From assembly GCA_030390025.1 (NCBI GenBank), contig CM059432.1:43340001-43404000 (forward strand): a stretch of DNA of 64,000 nucleotides, written 5' to 3'. This DNA comes from Squalus acanthias (Eukaryota). A program made the translations under genes and the position numbers. Below the pieces are notes generated by a model that was not told the DNA's origin, made no database searches, and saw only the letters and a list, made by a program, of their open reading frames with translations. Positions 12,265 to 25,378 of this stretch are shown here, one piece after another (positions within the stretch are counted from its first letter, which is position 1; each line of letters begins with the position of its first letter).

Positions 12265-15188
12265 CGTAGGTAGGTGTTCCTTGTCGACGAAGGCAATGGC
12301 CCTTTAAAGTCTATGCTGAGCCTCTGCATAGGCTGCATTGCATGTATGAGTAAGCCATCTGATGGGCGAAAGAATTGTGGTTTCAATTCTGCACAAATCC
12401 TACAGGAGGAGCATGTTTTCTTTACGTCCTCGGTTGAAAATGGTAGATTTTTGGAGCGCACAAAGTGCAACATGCGGGTCACACCAGGATGGCATAAGTC
12501 CATATGCAAATCCGCCAGAGTCGACGTTGACATTGAGGAGCAAAATGCCCGTGTGAAGGTATCTGGGGCCACGTTCTGTTTGCCGGGTCGGTAACAGATA
12601 GTATATCCAAAGGCAGCCAGCTCCATCCTCCAGAGTTGAATTTTATTATTTTTGATTTTCGTGCGCCTCCGGTTATCCAACATGAAGGCCACAGAGCGCT
12701 GGTCAGTTATAAGCGTAAAATGACGCCGAGCAAGAAAATGACCCCATTGGCGTACAGCCTCGATGATGGCCGTAGCCTCCTTCTCGACAGGGGGGTAATG
12801 GAGCTCGCTACCCTGCAAGGTTCTGGATAGGAATGCCACGGGTCGGCCACCTTGATTCAAGGTAGCGGAGATCGCCACCTCCGATGCATCGCATTCGACC
12901 ACAAAAGGAAGATTTTCGTAAATGGAGCGAAGCGTGGCTTTCTCCAGCTGTCGTTTGAGGAGGTTGAAGGCAGAAATAGCCGTAGCTTCCAATGGAAAAG
13001 ACTTCGCATGGAGCAGGGGCTGTATTTTATCGGAGAAGTGTGGTATCCATTTTGCGTAATAAGCAAACATGCCAAGTGCCCGACGAAGAGAGCCGAGGTT
13101 CGTCGGGGGAGGGAGCTCCTGAAGTGGACGAAGTCGTTCTGGGTCCGGTTTAATAACACCGTTGCCCACCCAGTAGCCAAGAATGTTCACCGATGGCACC
13201 GACTTCACCGATTTGGATTCGTTTAACGTTAAGTGGCGACGGCGGAGTACGTCAAAAAATCGCTGAAGATTGACGTCATGCTCCTTTTGATCATGGCCGG
13301 CAATAGTGATATTGTCTAAATACGGAAAGGTATCCGTCAAGTTCTCTTGCCGGACTAGGCCATCCATGGCCCGTTGGAAGACGGCCACCCCATTGGTGAC
13401 CCCGAATGGAAGGCGGCGAAACTGGAAAAGCCGACCATTGGCCTCAAAGGCCGTATACTTCTTGTCGGAGTCTTGCAGTGGCACTTGATGGTACGCGCTT
13501 TTTAAATCGAAGGTCGAGAATACCTTGTATTTGGCAAGGTTGTTGACCATGTCATCTATGCGTGGCAGCGGGTAGGCATCCAGATCGGTATATAGATTAA
13601 TAGTCTGCGAATAATCGATACACAGACGTTTTTTATGTTGTTTTAAGGGATTCCTCACGATGACGACCTGAGCCCGCCAGGGAGATGAACATGGCTCGAT
13701 AATACCGTCGACTAAAAGGCGAGAGATTTCCGCCTCAATAAACGCTCGATCGTCTTGGCTAAAGCGCCGCGATTTGGTGGCTATGGGTTTACAGCGGGGG
13801 GGAAGATTGGCAAACAGGGAGGGTTCACCGAGTAAGGCCGCCGAGAGTGCACAAAACGGCACCTTAGAAATGGTAAGCTCCGGCCTTGACCCTCCAAACT
13901 CAAAAGTGATCTTCTTGTGCTGCTTCTGGAAGTCCTGTCCCAGAAGCACATCGCTGCATAAGTTTGCGAGTACTCCGAGCCGGGTGGAGAGATACGTGCG
14001 GCCGTTGAGGATGAGGTTGACCAGACAGAAGCCAGAAGAATTGGTGGTCAGAGTCGTCAGAGCCATTGCAATCTCCCTGTCCGAGGGATAAATGTGCAGT
14101 TTTAACCTGTTGACAGCCCGCTTACTAATGAAGCTGTCAGAGCTGCAGGAGTCGATTAGCGCGCTTAGAGTGTGCCCACTTACTGAAACCTTCGTGTCTG
14201 CATGGGACAAACTTTGGGGAAAAACAGCCATGATGGGAGGAGGGGCAATTTTCCCTTCGGCAACTGTAGCCTTAACAGTAGTTCTTGGGGGAGGAGCAGC
14301 TCCATAGATAGCAGCTGTGAAGCTAACAGGAGCTCTCGACCGGTATACTTTAGAGGAGCGGCCTTTCTTGTTAGCAAAGGCCCGTGACTGGCATACCTTG
14401 GAAAAGTGTCCTTTCTTGCTGCAATGATTGCAGGTTACATTACGAGCCGGGCAAAATTTTCTGTGATGGCACGCCCCTCCACAAAAGAAACACTTTCTTC
14501 CTGATTGCCAGGATGCTGCTAGGGCGGGGTCGTCATCAGCGAAGGCCTCTAGGGTAGGGTCGTCGTCCGTTAGAGTAGAGTCAACAACAGTGGGGGCATC
14601 CGCCCAAGACCTACCGAAAGACTCATTAAAGGAGATAGCCGCCGCCCGTGCACGTGGTGGGAGATAAGTGTCTGCATTTTTCTTGGCCAAGTCCAAGGAA
14701 CACGCCTGGTCATAAGCAGCCCGTAAATTGAGGGTTTTATTTTCCAGCAGGCGCTGACGTATAAAAGGGGACGCGATTCCATTGATAAAGAAATCGCGGA
14801 TTAGTTCCTCTTGATACTGTTCAGCTGTAACTGCTTTAAGGTTACAATCCTTGCTGAGCCTGCGAAGTTTCTGGAGAAATTCATCGAGTGATTCCCCAGG
14901 CTGCTGCCGAGTTGTGGCCAGTAGGTGTCGAGCAAATATTTCATTTGGGGACTTGACATATAGCTGCTGTAAGATTTCGATAGCAGTGTCATAGACTATA
15001 CAGTCCTCAATATAATCATACACATGAGGAGACACGTAGTTGATAAGCATTCGTAACTTATTAGGGACATCCGCCCCACATTCTTCAAGAAAGTTGCTAA
15101 AGGTACGAAACCAATGCTTCCATACCTTCGCTGCCGCAGGTGCATTCGGGTCCAGGTCGAGACGAGCGGGTCTAAGGAGTTTTTCCAT
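12198..15188 (-). CDS. Gypsy Gag-Pol polyprotein (gag, zinc knuckles, protease, RT, RNase H, IN N-terminus)
   Basis: 996-aa ORF with CFFCGGACH..C and CNHCSKKGHFSKVC knuckles, ALIDSCS protease, YLDNI RT motif, CDAS RNase H and H..H..C..C integrase zinc finger. It shifts frame shortly after SIDFKGP. Confidence 0.93.
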   Translation of the reverse strand: MEKLLRPARLDLDPNAPAAAKVWKHWFRTFSNFLEECGADVPNKLRMLINYVSPHVYDYIEDCIVYDTAIEILQQLYVKSPNEIFARHLLATTRQQPGESLDEFLQKLRRLSKDCNLKAVTAEQYQEELIRDFFINGIASPFIRQRLLENKTLNLRAAYDQACSLDLAKKNADTYLPPRARAAAISFNESFGRSWADAPTVVDSTLTDDDPTLEAFADDDPALAASWQSGRKCFFCGGACHHRKFCPARNVTCNHCSKKGHFSKVCQSRAFANKKGRSSKVYRSRAPVSFTAAIYGAAPPPRTTVKATVAEGKIAPPPIMAVFPQSLSHADTKVSVSGHTLSALIDSCSSDSFISKRAVNRLKLHIYPSDREIAMALTTLTTNSSGFCLVNLILNGRTYLSTRLGVLANLCSDVLLGQDFQKQHKKITFEFGGSRPELTISKVPFCALSAALLGEPSLFANLPPRCKPIATKSRRFSQDDRAFIEAEISRLLVDGIIEPCSSPWRAQVVIVRNPLKQHKKRLCIDYSQTINLYTDLDAYPLPRIDDMVNNLAKYKVFSTFDLKSAYHQVPLQDSDKKYTAFEANGRLFQFRRLPFGVTNGVAVFQRAMDGLVRQENLTDTFPYLDNITIAGHDQKEHDVNLQRFFDVLRRRHLTLNESKSVKSVPSVNILGYWVGNGVIKPDPERLRPLQELPPPTNLGSLRRALGMFAYYAKWIPHFSDKIQPLLHAKSFPLEATAISAFNLLKRQLEKATLRSIYENLPFVVECDASEVAISATLNQGGRPVAFLSRTLQGSELHYPPVEKEATAIIEAVRQWGHFLARRHFTLITDQRSVAFMLDNRRRTKIKNNKIQLWRMELAAFGYTICYRPGKQNVAPDTFTRAFCSSMSTSTLADLHMDLCHPGVTRMLHFVRSKNLPFSTEDVKKTCSSCRICAELKPQFFRPSDGLLIHAMQPMQRLSIDFKGPLPSSTRNTYLRWWTSIHAFPSPSPALICLPLR

Positions 15189-15288
15189 GATGTATCAGTT
15201 TCTTGCCCTAGTTCCCTTCTGTGGTTCGAGTTGCAGCTGGTTGTTCCGAATCACCCAAAGCGTGGAGACGATATCAAGTTGATTAAAT

Positions 15289-15503
15289 TGACGTAATAAA
15301 GACTCACTACGCACTTGAACATAAAGCAAGGCTTTAATCAACTTGTAACAAAACATGGAGGTCTAGTTAGCAGTCACTAGCTTCCTGTTTCCAGATTGTC
15401 TCTGCCCAAGGTGGGCCCATGCCTGAGTATTTATACTCCCTGGACGGCGCCCCAGCTGGCCGCCCAGTAGTACTTCCTGAGTTCTTACTTGCGATTTATG
15501 ACA
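15289..15503 (-). repeat. 5' LTR of Gypsy element
   Basis: Direct repeat of 10999-11213. TATAAA and ATTAAA are present on the minus strand. Confidence 0.95.
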
Positions 15504-16983
15504 TATATATATATATATACACACACGTTTGATTGTGACCCTGGTAATCAAGGCTGATTTACCAACTTCCCGGATTATTAAGGGCATGGACACTACCCTT
15601 TACAACCCCACCCCCACTCCCACCAGGGACTGGAGATTTACTCACCACCACACTATTAAGAATCAGCTACATATTTCATATTAGTGCAGCAAGGAACTCA
15701 GACCACATTCCTCCCCCAGTTAGTCCTCCAGGGCTTGGATTCCCACACATTAATCACCAGTATGAAGTGGCACTCACAAGAGCTCGGGAGCAAGAAATCA
15801 CAGGCACACAGCCCGTGACTTTGTGACCATTTTTTTAACAGTGGAAGATTGCAGGCTGAGCAGCTATGATGTGCTGTCTATGCCCACTGTGGACATGGTA
15901 AAATGAAATTGGCCTCAATGATAGCAAGGGGTCCATTTTTCTCTTTAGTAAGAAATAGATAACACCATTTTCTGTCAATTTTAAAGGGCACAGAAAACGT
16001 TAGCTTGGTCGTGATTTCCCTGCAGTTTGTATCATGAAGCACAAATTTAACGGTGGCGATGACAGAAAACCGGCCAATTATGATCCACCTGGAATACTGT
16101 TCCTTTCACAGATTTCAATCAACTAACTAATCACTTAACCAGTATACATGATGACTAGTCAAACCATTTATAAAACCGGGACAGAGAAATGATAGTTCAT
16201 GGTACAATCAATAAAAGAATTGATCTTCTTATTGGCAGAGGTGAGATAACTATCAAACTGCAGAGACAAAGAATGGAGAAAAATATAGCAGACCAGGTGT
16301 GTTCAGGGAGAAATGGAAGGAAGTCCAGAAGATGCTCCTCAACATCAAAAATGATCATCAAGGTAAGGGTAAAATATTCATGTAAAATATTATCAAAGGC
16401 CATATATGGAAATGATGAATGTATATGGACTATATGTTGAGTAGTTTTTAATTTGTCAATTTGTCCTCTCTTAATAGGGTCAGATGGACATCTACATGGT
16501 TTATAAATTTAAAGGGCTAATTTTGATTGACACTGAAAAATGTCAAAATTTTAAAAAGCCACTTCACTCTACCTTAATCTATTCTGCTTTTATTGTTGAA
16601 GGCAAAAGTGGCAAATGATCAGAGGGCAAGAGCTTTTAAGAGAAACAATTAACAGCATATAAGAACAGACTTATTCGGTTAATAAGGGAGGCTTTCAATG
16701 GCTTTGGGTCTGATGAGATTGGAAAAGCATACAGACATATATTCTGTGCGTTGTTCCAAAACCTACATCACTGTGTCCATATACACTGATTTTTCCACAT
16801 AGTTCATATAATAACAATCCAATACCCAAATGGATGTGCGTTTTTGTACTCATAATGTCCCATCTGTTCCTTTCACAGAGCAAGGAGAATCAACTAGTTT
16901 CTAGTGCCAAGGAAGTCAACAACAACTATTACCATTCACACTTACATGCAGCATCAGCACAGATACAGACACCTGCAACCTTT

Positions 16984-17440
16984 AAAGAAAAAAAAGAAAG
17001 ACTTGCATTTATATAGCGCCTTTCATGACCATCGGACGTCTCAAAGCACTTTACAGTCAATGAAGTACTTTTGAAGTGGAGTCACTGTTGTAATGTGGGA
17101 AACGCGGCAGTCAATTTGTGCACAGCAAGATCCCACAAACAGCAATGCGATAATGACCAGATAATCTGATTTTGTTATGTTGGTTGAGGGATAAATATTG
17201 ACCAGGACACCGGGGATAAATCCCCTACTCTTCTTCGAAATAGTGCCATGGGATCTTTTACGTCCACCTGAGAGAGCAGACGGGGCCTCGGTTTAACATC
17301 TCATCCGAAAGACGTCACCTCCGACAATGCAGCACTCCCTCAGCACTGCACTGGAGTGTCAGCCTAGCTTTATGTGCTCAAGTCCCTGGAGTGGGACTTG
17401 AACCCACAACCTGCTGACTCAGAGGCGAGTGTGCTACTTA
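16984..17440 (-). mobile_element. tRNA-headed SINE with Deu-like core and L2-like tail (SacSINE1/DeuSINE-like)
   Basis: B-box GGTTCAAGTCC on minus, core GTCGGAGGTGACGTCTTTCGGATGAGATGTTAAACCGAGG, and tail AAGGCGCTATATAAATGCAAG shared with L2. Confidence 0.82.
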
Positions 17441-19169
17441 GAACTAATGTGGAAAAAGAAGCATTAGGTGAAGTGGATGGCACTGGAGATGAAGGAGCGG
17501 AAGAGGTGCAGACTGATGCGAACCAAGTGTAGGGCAGTGGCCTGGTGCCCCTCTTGAGTTCTATTGATATATGGACCTTACTGGGCTTGCTTGCCAACAG
17601 AGGATATTATAACGCGTGGATACTGTTAAGCAGTCTCTATACAATCCATATCCACAGCACTGGAAGATGATCTGAATAGGTTGCTTCAAGTAGGCATTGA
17701 CAACTTCAGTTTGCTTAGTTAATACATACAGGCAGCCATGAGGGAAGGTTTCAGAGAGATCACAGCTGCCCACTGTTCTACATTAAGTGGGATTATGGAG
17801 CTTCAGCTGTGCAGAAGCAAGGAGCAACCCTATGTCAGTGGCAGTTCTCATAGCCCTGCATAAGTAACTGCATGTAATGTATTGACAAGCAATGATTCCA
17901 GGGTGATTTGAACACATGAGTCTTCTGGCATTGATGAAGAAACATCAGACGAAATCGCAGTCACAAATAAGTGAGCCTTATGTATCCCATGCAGCTAGCC
18001 ATTTGGCTGAAGGGCCATTCACCACTGCTACTTCCTTAGCTAGGGGGGTATTTAGGAGTAAAGTATTTGAAGAATAGAAACAAAGAAGTTCAAGTACCAG
18101 AAATACATCAGAAAAACAAATGTTGAATACTAAAGCAGCACAAGACAAGCGGTGACCAACAACAAAAAAATTACTTTCAGTATATCTTTCAGTCTCATGT
18201 TCTATTTTGGTGCAGTAAAGAACATTGTTCAGAAGTAAAACAAACTGAAAATTAACCAGAAAAAGCAACTACTGGCTCTGTTATAAAAAATATGGGGCTG
18301 ACATTCCACTCCCATGTGCTGAGTGCAGAGGGAGCAGAGAACTGGGGTTGGATTTCTACTTCCCTCAGGTTTCCAGATGGGCATGCTCTGAAGGTACATG
18401 GAGAATTGCAATGCTCTGTGGTGCAAGTCTTATCAGTGCATTCATTTGGGAGAGTGTTAGGAGTGTGTCATTGCTTCCCAGGAATTCTGCTGTACCTTTA
18501 AATGCTGGAGCAAAGCACAAGCTTGCAGGTGTAGAGGCACCGAAAGTAGTTTTGAAACTGCCCGTCCTAACTTTTAGTGAAGATTAGTCTTGGCTTTTGG
18601 CCCATTTTGGTTTTGTTGCACCATTGCTTGTTTCTTTCGATTGGATCAATTTGTTCCCTTTTGTTTAATTTCAACATAATTGCTGCACTCCTTGCATTCA
18701 AAATACTTTGCCGGACATAGAATGCATGTTAACAGACTCCTGCCTTATTTTAGCACAATGAAAATGTCCAATTTCAAACTTTTCTACCAACAGGATGTGC
18801 AGCTGCTCAGGAAATCCTACTCTACCCCTCCTCCCAACGTGTGTGCTCAACGCAGCACATAAATCATGTTGGGAGTGCACGAGAACTATGTAAATGAGGA
18901 TATATAGGAAAAACCAAAGTGCACCGGCAGTATGAAATGCACTGGCACCCCAATGCCCCCCAAACAAATGATAACTGTAGTGCTAACAGCCCTTTGTAAG
19001 CTGCTGGTATACCCCACCAAGCTCAGCAATCTCTGACCCCACCATGAGCAATACTTAAATCAAATTATTGTAAGAGGTTTGAGGACAGGCACATGCAATG
19101 CCTCTGACATCAGCAATTCCAGCACTGATCCCAGTGCTGCGCTGCTGGGACTGAATTATCAGTTCCAAT

Positions 19170-21294
19170 AGCTGGAATTTTTACATTGAAGAGAATGCTG
19201 GTTTGCAAGTGGGTGGGCAGTTAAAAGCGCTGAAATTGACAGCGTGTTGGGAAGCCGCCTTCAAGCCGTCAACTTCCGCCTTTAACTCCGACGCGTTTCT
19301 CAGCACGCCGGAGATCCGCTCAGGAGAGGAAGGCGACCTAATTAAAGAGAGATTGTTAACAGGCTATTAACAGGTTTTTTTCACCTGATGTTGCAGCTTT
19401 TACTGGCTGTGCACGGGATTCACGGGCTTCCTGAACCTTACCTGTGAAAGCAAGGCGAGAGCTCAGCGGCCATTGTGCAAGTTGAACAATTGACAGTTGA
19501 ACTTCTTCGCCTCAGGCTCCTTCCAGGGATCTGCAGCAGACATTTGCAGGATCTCGCAGTCAGCCACACACAAATGCATCTGACGAGGACTCTCCACTGC
19601 TGCCCGTCTCCACCATCTGCTTTTGCTCACTTGTGATCTTGAGACACCAGGTGACAACCCTACCCTCTCTCTCACTGGACCCACCAACATGTGCGTATCT
19701 GACTGGCACTGGGTGTGCATAGGTTGTGTGATGGTGCAACTTTTTTAAAATTCATTCATGGGACGTGGATGTTGCCAGCAAGGCCAGCATTTATTGCCCA
19801 TCCCTAATTGCCCTCGAGAAGGTGGTGGTGAACCACCTTTTTGAATGCAACTGAGTGGCTTGCTAAGGCCATTTCAGAGGCCAGTTAAGAGTCAACCACA
19901 TTGCTGTGGGTCTGGAGTCACATATAGGCCAGAATGGGTAATGACAGCAGATTTCCTTCCCTAAAGGACATTAGTGTCCCTCAGAGACCGCGGCTTCCTC
20001 TGAGGAGTTGTCTTCCTCATCTGGCTGGACAGTGAGGGGTCGTTGGGGGGGGGGGGGGGCGGGGAGGCACTTGATGGACCTGTGGGAGAGTAAAGACATG
20101 AATTAGAACTGTTATGATAAGAATGTTTAACGTTACCATTATGCAGAAGATCATATTACACTGACTGCTGACATCATGTCATCATGAGTGACTGTTGTAT
20201 GCCATGTGGCTGTATGATATTTAATTCTGTCACCAGGTAGCTGGGAGGTCCCCCTCTCTCCAACTCCCACTGCCAGCACCTCCGCAAATCCACTTATGCC
20301 CAGCTCCTCCTCCTCTGCTACAGCTAATGGCGTGATAATTGGAGGGCCACCTCTGGTTCTCTGCCTCTCCCTGTTGTTCCGTGCTGTGCTCTCCTGCAAG
20401 GAAACAAGAGACCTTTGAATGAAAGTCATGGAATGAGTGTAAGAGATGGTTGGGCTACATCTGTAGAGGGTGACTATGAGGGAGTGGCATGACATTGCCA
20501 AATGGCCTCCTTCTGTGGTGTTAATTATTATGATTCTATGATTGCATTAGGCTGAGGGTGAGTGTCGGTGGTGGATACTCAGATCAGGATGTGAGTAGGT
20601 GCATAGACAGTGAGGGGTGGGTTCACATGCAAGGTAGGTTAGTGTGAGAAGTGATGTGCAGGAGTAGGCTTGGGAAGGCAGAGTAATGGGGTTGGGATGT
20701 AGTTGAATGTGGCATTGTACTCACCTTTCCTGACCTCATGAGGGCAGTAAATCTCTTCCTGCACTGGATCCAGGACCTGGTGACCACACTCCTGCTGCTC
20801 ACTTCTTCCGTGATCTCCAGCCATGTCTCTTTGTCTCTGCCGTCGGCCTCTTCCTCCCATCACCAGGGAAGAGGACCTCCCTGCAGACTCTTACTCCCTG
20901 GAGCAGGATTTCCAGGGAGGCATCACTAAATCTGGGAGCAGCTTTTTGGCTCTGTGCCTGCATTTTTGCTTAACAATCTTTATAAAACTTTATATTCCAA
21001 CAACGAGCTTAGTCTCACAACAATCCACTGTGTCCCCCATCAACCTCTGCAGCACCTCCACCAACCTTCAACTGTCATCTGTGCAATGCTCCTTTAAATA
21101 GCTGAGCTGAAGTCGAGTCATCCGTGACGTCATCAGACCCGCCCCAGTTAATTGGCCAGGAAAGCCGCATAATTGATTCAATTGCAGTGGCTTAATTAAA
21201 AAGCCACTGCACAATGCGCTAATAGAACGTCCGGGATACTGACCCGTTGCACAAACCCCGCACCCAACCCGACGGAAAGGTAAAAATTCAGCCC
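19170..21294 (-). mobile_element. Non-autonomous Harbinger derivative with Myb-gene remnants
   Basis: TIR-like ends (AGCTGGAATTTTTAC / GTAAAAATTCAGCCC) and TSD AAT. The minus-strand remnant ARNNRERQRTRGGPP resembles Myb exon 2. A nested LINE fragment lies at ~19740-19975. Confidence 0.7.
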
Positions 21295-21974
21295 AATGTT
21301 TCAGAGTGAAAGCATTATAGAGTAAGTTTTGTGAGGTTTATTGAAATTAGTCATCAGAAAATCGGAAGCACCACGAATCGAGCGAGCAGATCTCCATTCC
21401 CAAATTCTCTGATCTGTGCTTCCATTGAGTGAGACTCCAAGCCTGGAGTGGAGACTCACAAAATTCTCCAATTTGGTATAAAAGTTGTCTACAATTGTTC
21501 ATTTTGGGTTTATTCATGAAAACCTTATTTCAGATTCCTTACGCTGGGAATTTCCTTGGCTATTCTGACGCTCCGCTGCTGTAAATGAGGTTTCAGCTGA
21601 AGTTATGGCAGCCGAGTGGAAGAACCCCTGAGGAAATTCCTACCATTAATGTTTATCCTTTTAAGAAAGTAAATAAATAAAATCAAATGAAGACAAAATT
21701 GTTAGTTATATAAAATTCGATTTTTCTTTTATAGGATGTTTTGCACAATTTTGGCAACTGGTGAGTATCTGCCATCTGTAAGTACATCTGTAAGTCATCA
21801 CAGGTTTCAGTCTGCTATATTAAGCATAATACTGGAGCACTGTGATACCACATGCCCACCTTATATGCACTTTAGCAGGGCTGCTATTCCTGGTAACATG
21901 AACAGGAAAATGATATGTGACCCCTACCAGAAAATAATGTGCACTATTAGAAGCTACCGGGGAATAAAATCATG

Positions 21975-22400
21975 ACTTGCATTTATATAGCGCCTTTCAC
22001 GACCTCAGGACATCCCAAAGCACTGTACAGCCAATTAAGTACTTTTGAAGTGTAAGAAACGCGGCAGCCAATTTGCGCACAGCAAGGTCCCACAAACAGC
22101 AATGTGATAATGACCAGATAATTTGGTTTAGTAATGTTGGTTGAAGGATAAATATTGGCCAGGACACCAGGGAGAATCCCCCCTGCTCTTATTCAAAACA
22201 GTGCCATGGGATGTTTTACATCTACCTGAGAGGGAAGATGAGGTCTCCGTTTAACGTCTCATCCGAAAGACGGCACCTCCGACAGCGCAGCACTCCCTCA
22301 ATACTGCACTGGAGTGTCAGCCTAGGTTTTGTGCTCAAGTCTCAGAAGTGAGACTTGAGCCCACAACCTTCTGACTCAGAGAGCCACAGCTAACACGGCT
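21975..22400 (-). mobile_element. Second copy of the Deu-core tRNA SINE
   Basis: Highly similar to 16984-17440. Confidence 0.82.
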
Positions 22401-25378
22401 AGTATCAGGTAGAGGTCAGCTCATTTATAGTCTGGAGTATGCAGTGCCTATGGAGCTGTGTTGTCCCTTGTGGACCCAAGAGAGGTCCCTGTGGCATTAA
22501 AGATGAAGGCACTGATGATTTTCAAATTAACACCCAGATAAAAATATACTCCCAGAAATGGTATCAGTAAAAGTGACCATGAAGCTGTCAGATTGTCATT
22601 AAATACCAATTGGTTCACAAATGTCCTTTAGGGAAGAAAGCCTGTTGTCCTTACCAGTTCTGGTCTATATGTGACTCCAATCCCACACCAAAGTGGTTGG
22701 CTTTTAACTGTCCTCTGAAGTGGCCAGGCAAGTCACCCAGTTGTATCAAACTACTACAACTGCAGTGATTCAAGAAGAATATGGCCCACCACCACCTTCT
22801 CAGGAAAACAAGGGATGGCCAACAAGGGATGGCCAGCCTTGCCCACATCCTGAGAATACATTTTTTTAAATCTGCAAATAAACAGGAAACCAATCTACAG
22901 ATGCCAACTACTCACCAGTTATATTCTTAACTCAGTTTGACCCCTACTGGTCAGATATAGTAGGGGTGATTCCATGGTTGGGTGTTCCCCGCATGGAGCG
23001 CTGCCAGGAAATTGCAGACCCGCAGTGCCTGATTTTCCATCCATTTATTTCCTTACCAGCCCATCCTAGTGTCATCACAAATCAATCAGAACTCTTACAT
23101 GACAATGTGCCTGGCTTCTTCCCCACCCTAAATGAAGCTTCCCCAGTACACTAGTTTGACATTTCCATTTGTCATGCTGTCATACATTATATCAATTTAA
23201 AGGACCATTTTGTCCTGTGATCCCATGTCTGTTGGGAACTCGATTGAGACCGCCCAAACTCATTTTCCTTAGACCTTTAACAGCTATGGAGGAAGAAAAC
23301 ATCATTCCATCTGGTTGGGTTGGATTCCATCCCAGGTTCCAAAGGTGAAAACACAGTGTTCTAATCTACTGTACAGCCCAATCCCCAATATCATATCAAG
23401 CTTACCACATGGAAGGGCAGAGCTTTAACAACACTGTGCTGTAAAATGGCATATAGATACACCATTACTATTCCAAATGTAAAAACAAATTATCATAAAT
23501 GTATGACCCTACAGGCTGTAGTTGTTTTGACAATTACATTTATCTCAGGAGAGATAAGGCCTAATTGCATTATCATAGAATCATGGCTGATTGTCAATTT
23601 TTTTCCATTTAGCTTTTCCCCCTTAGTTTGTTAAAGCGAAGGTGCCATACGCTATTTGAATTCAATAATACCCTGATGGATGATACATTTTCCCAACAGA
23701 CTAGCCACCAGTATAAATACTGAATTAGGAATGATAGACCATCAATCATATCTGCTTCAAACAGTTCTGTGTCTCAGGATCATTTGTTATACATTAAATC
23801 AGTTTGAAAAGATATCAGCACTCCAGTAATTTAAAAGTGGACTGTCTTTGACTCAGTAATATGTAACTCTATTACTGCAGAAAATAATATTTAAAAGCTC
23901 TAAATTACACTTAATAAACTCTTGAATGAATGATTCCTTTTCTACTTTACCTTTTCTAAAAATAAGTTATCACATTAAGCTCCATGCATTACTAATGAGC
24001 TACTTGTGTCATTTATAACATAGGATCTTTGTTATCTATTTGTTTTATGCATATGCAGTGCATATTAGTATTATGAACAGTGTTATCTCCTTAACCCTTA
24101 ATAGTACCCTTGGACCTACTCTTGGTAATTTCATAACTGGCATACCACCATACATTCTTACTTCACAGGAAAACACTTAACTATTTAACTATTTTAATAG
24201 CCTTCGGCAATAACTCACTGTACATTTTTAAAAATTATCTATGGTTTGTGTTGTTCCATTTATTCCACAATTTACTGAAATGTATAAGGATTGATGAATT
24301 TAGTTTCCTGGAATTTCCACAGGGGTTCTTCGGTAGGAGATTGTGGAACCCATGGAGAAATTATGTAAACGGTTAAAAGTGGCTGTTTACGCCAATTTTT
24401 TGGGGGCTTTACCAATCTCCCACTGAAGTTACAGTAGGAGATTGGGAGAACCCTGTGGAAATTTAAGGGCAATGTTCCTATTCTCTGCTCATGTAGGATG
24501 TAGATAGCAGATACATTTTAAGAAGGTGAGAACAGGTTTGGGGTTATAAGAATGGGGGTGGACTTAGATGGTCAAATACTTCACAGGACATGTTGGTGTT
24601 TCCTTTGGGCTGGAGGAGAGTGAGACAAATGCTGTCTGTGAAAGGCAGCAGGCTAGAGTTGACTAATGGAGATGTGATGCTGAATAAATATTCTGGAGTC
24701 TTGCTTGACTGCCTTTGGGGATCAGGGACTATTTATGCAGAACTTCCCTCAGGAGATTAAATGGAAGGGGGTAACATCCATGATAATGTAGCTAGTACCT
24801 AATCTATGGACGGAGCAGGCTTGGTGCACTGAATGTCCTTTTCCTGTTACATGCCTTCTTACATTCTTATCTCCTGGATGTGGCAGAGGCCAAAAACAAA
24901 ACTATTTACTCAGGGGATATGGTTTCACTTTAATCGCACATTCTAGATAGAATGTGTCTTGAAGGAATCCAAACTAAATTATGGCATGCCACATATCTTC
25001 AGTCAATAGAAATAAAAATCGTGAGAGATGTAAAACAGGCTGCCAACTCACTATTACTCATTTTACATATTGCACAAAGTCAAAATTGCCCCCAGTGACT
25101 ATTACCATCAGTACAAATCAAAAAGTCAAAGTATGAATGCTGATATTAACAGTAATGGGGGAATTCGGCACTGAAATTTTAATCCATCTGGAAAAGAAAC
25201 AACATTTGAAAATAACACAAAAATATTCAAAAATGATCAAGCAAGAATTTTATCCATAAAAAATCAAACTGATTATTTAATGCTTTGCAGTGTATCACTG
25301 ATAATAGTGGGCTTAGATTAATATCTGAACACTCTGCCCACAGCATTGTGTGCTTGATATGAAACCTCAGTTGCCATA

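Larger units (their letters stand above)
10999..15503 (-). mobile_element. Ty3/Gypsy LTR retrotransposon, full length and young, inserted in (TA)n
   Basis: 215-bp LTRs at 10999-11213 and 15289-15503 (TG...CA, 2 differences seen). PPT at ~11214-11229 (AGGGAGGAAGAA on minus). Domain order gag-PR-RT-RH-IN. Confidence 0.96.

Noticed and set aside
12198..12270. Programmed frameshift between the two Gypsy ORFs
   Set aside because: The break lies inside the integrase core and has no slippery heptamer, so a small deletion is simpler.
16150..18000. Purine-rich, coding-looking sequence around the SINE (possible host exons or old transposase)
   Set aside because: Multiple stops in all frames and no motif I can recognise.
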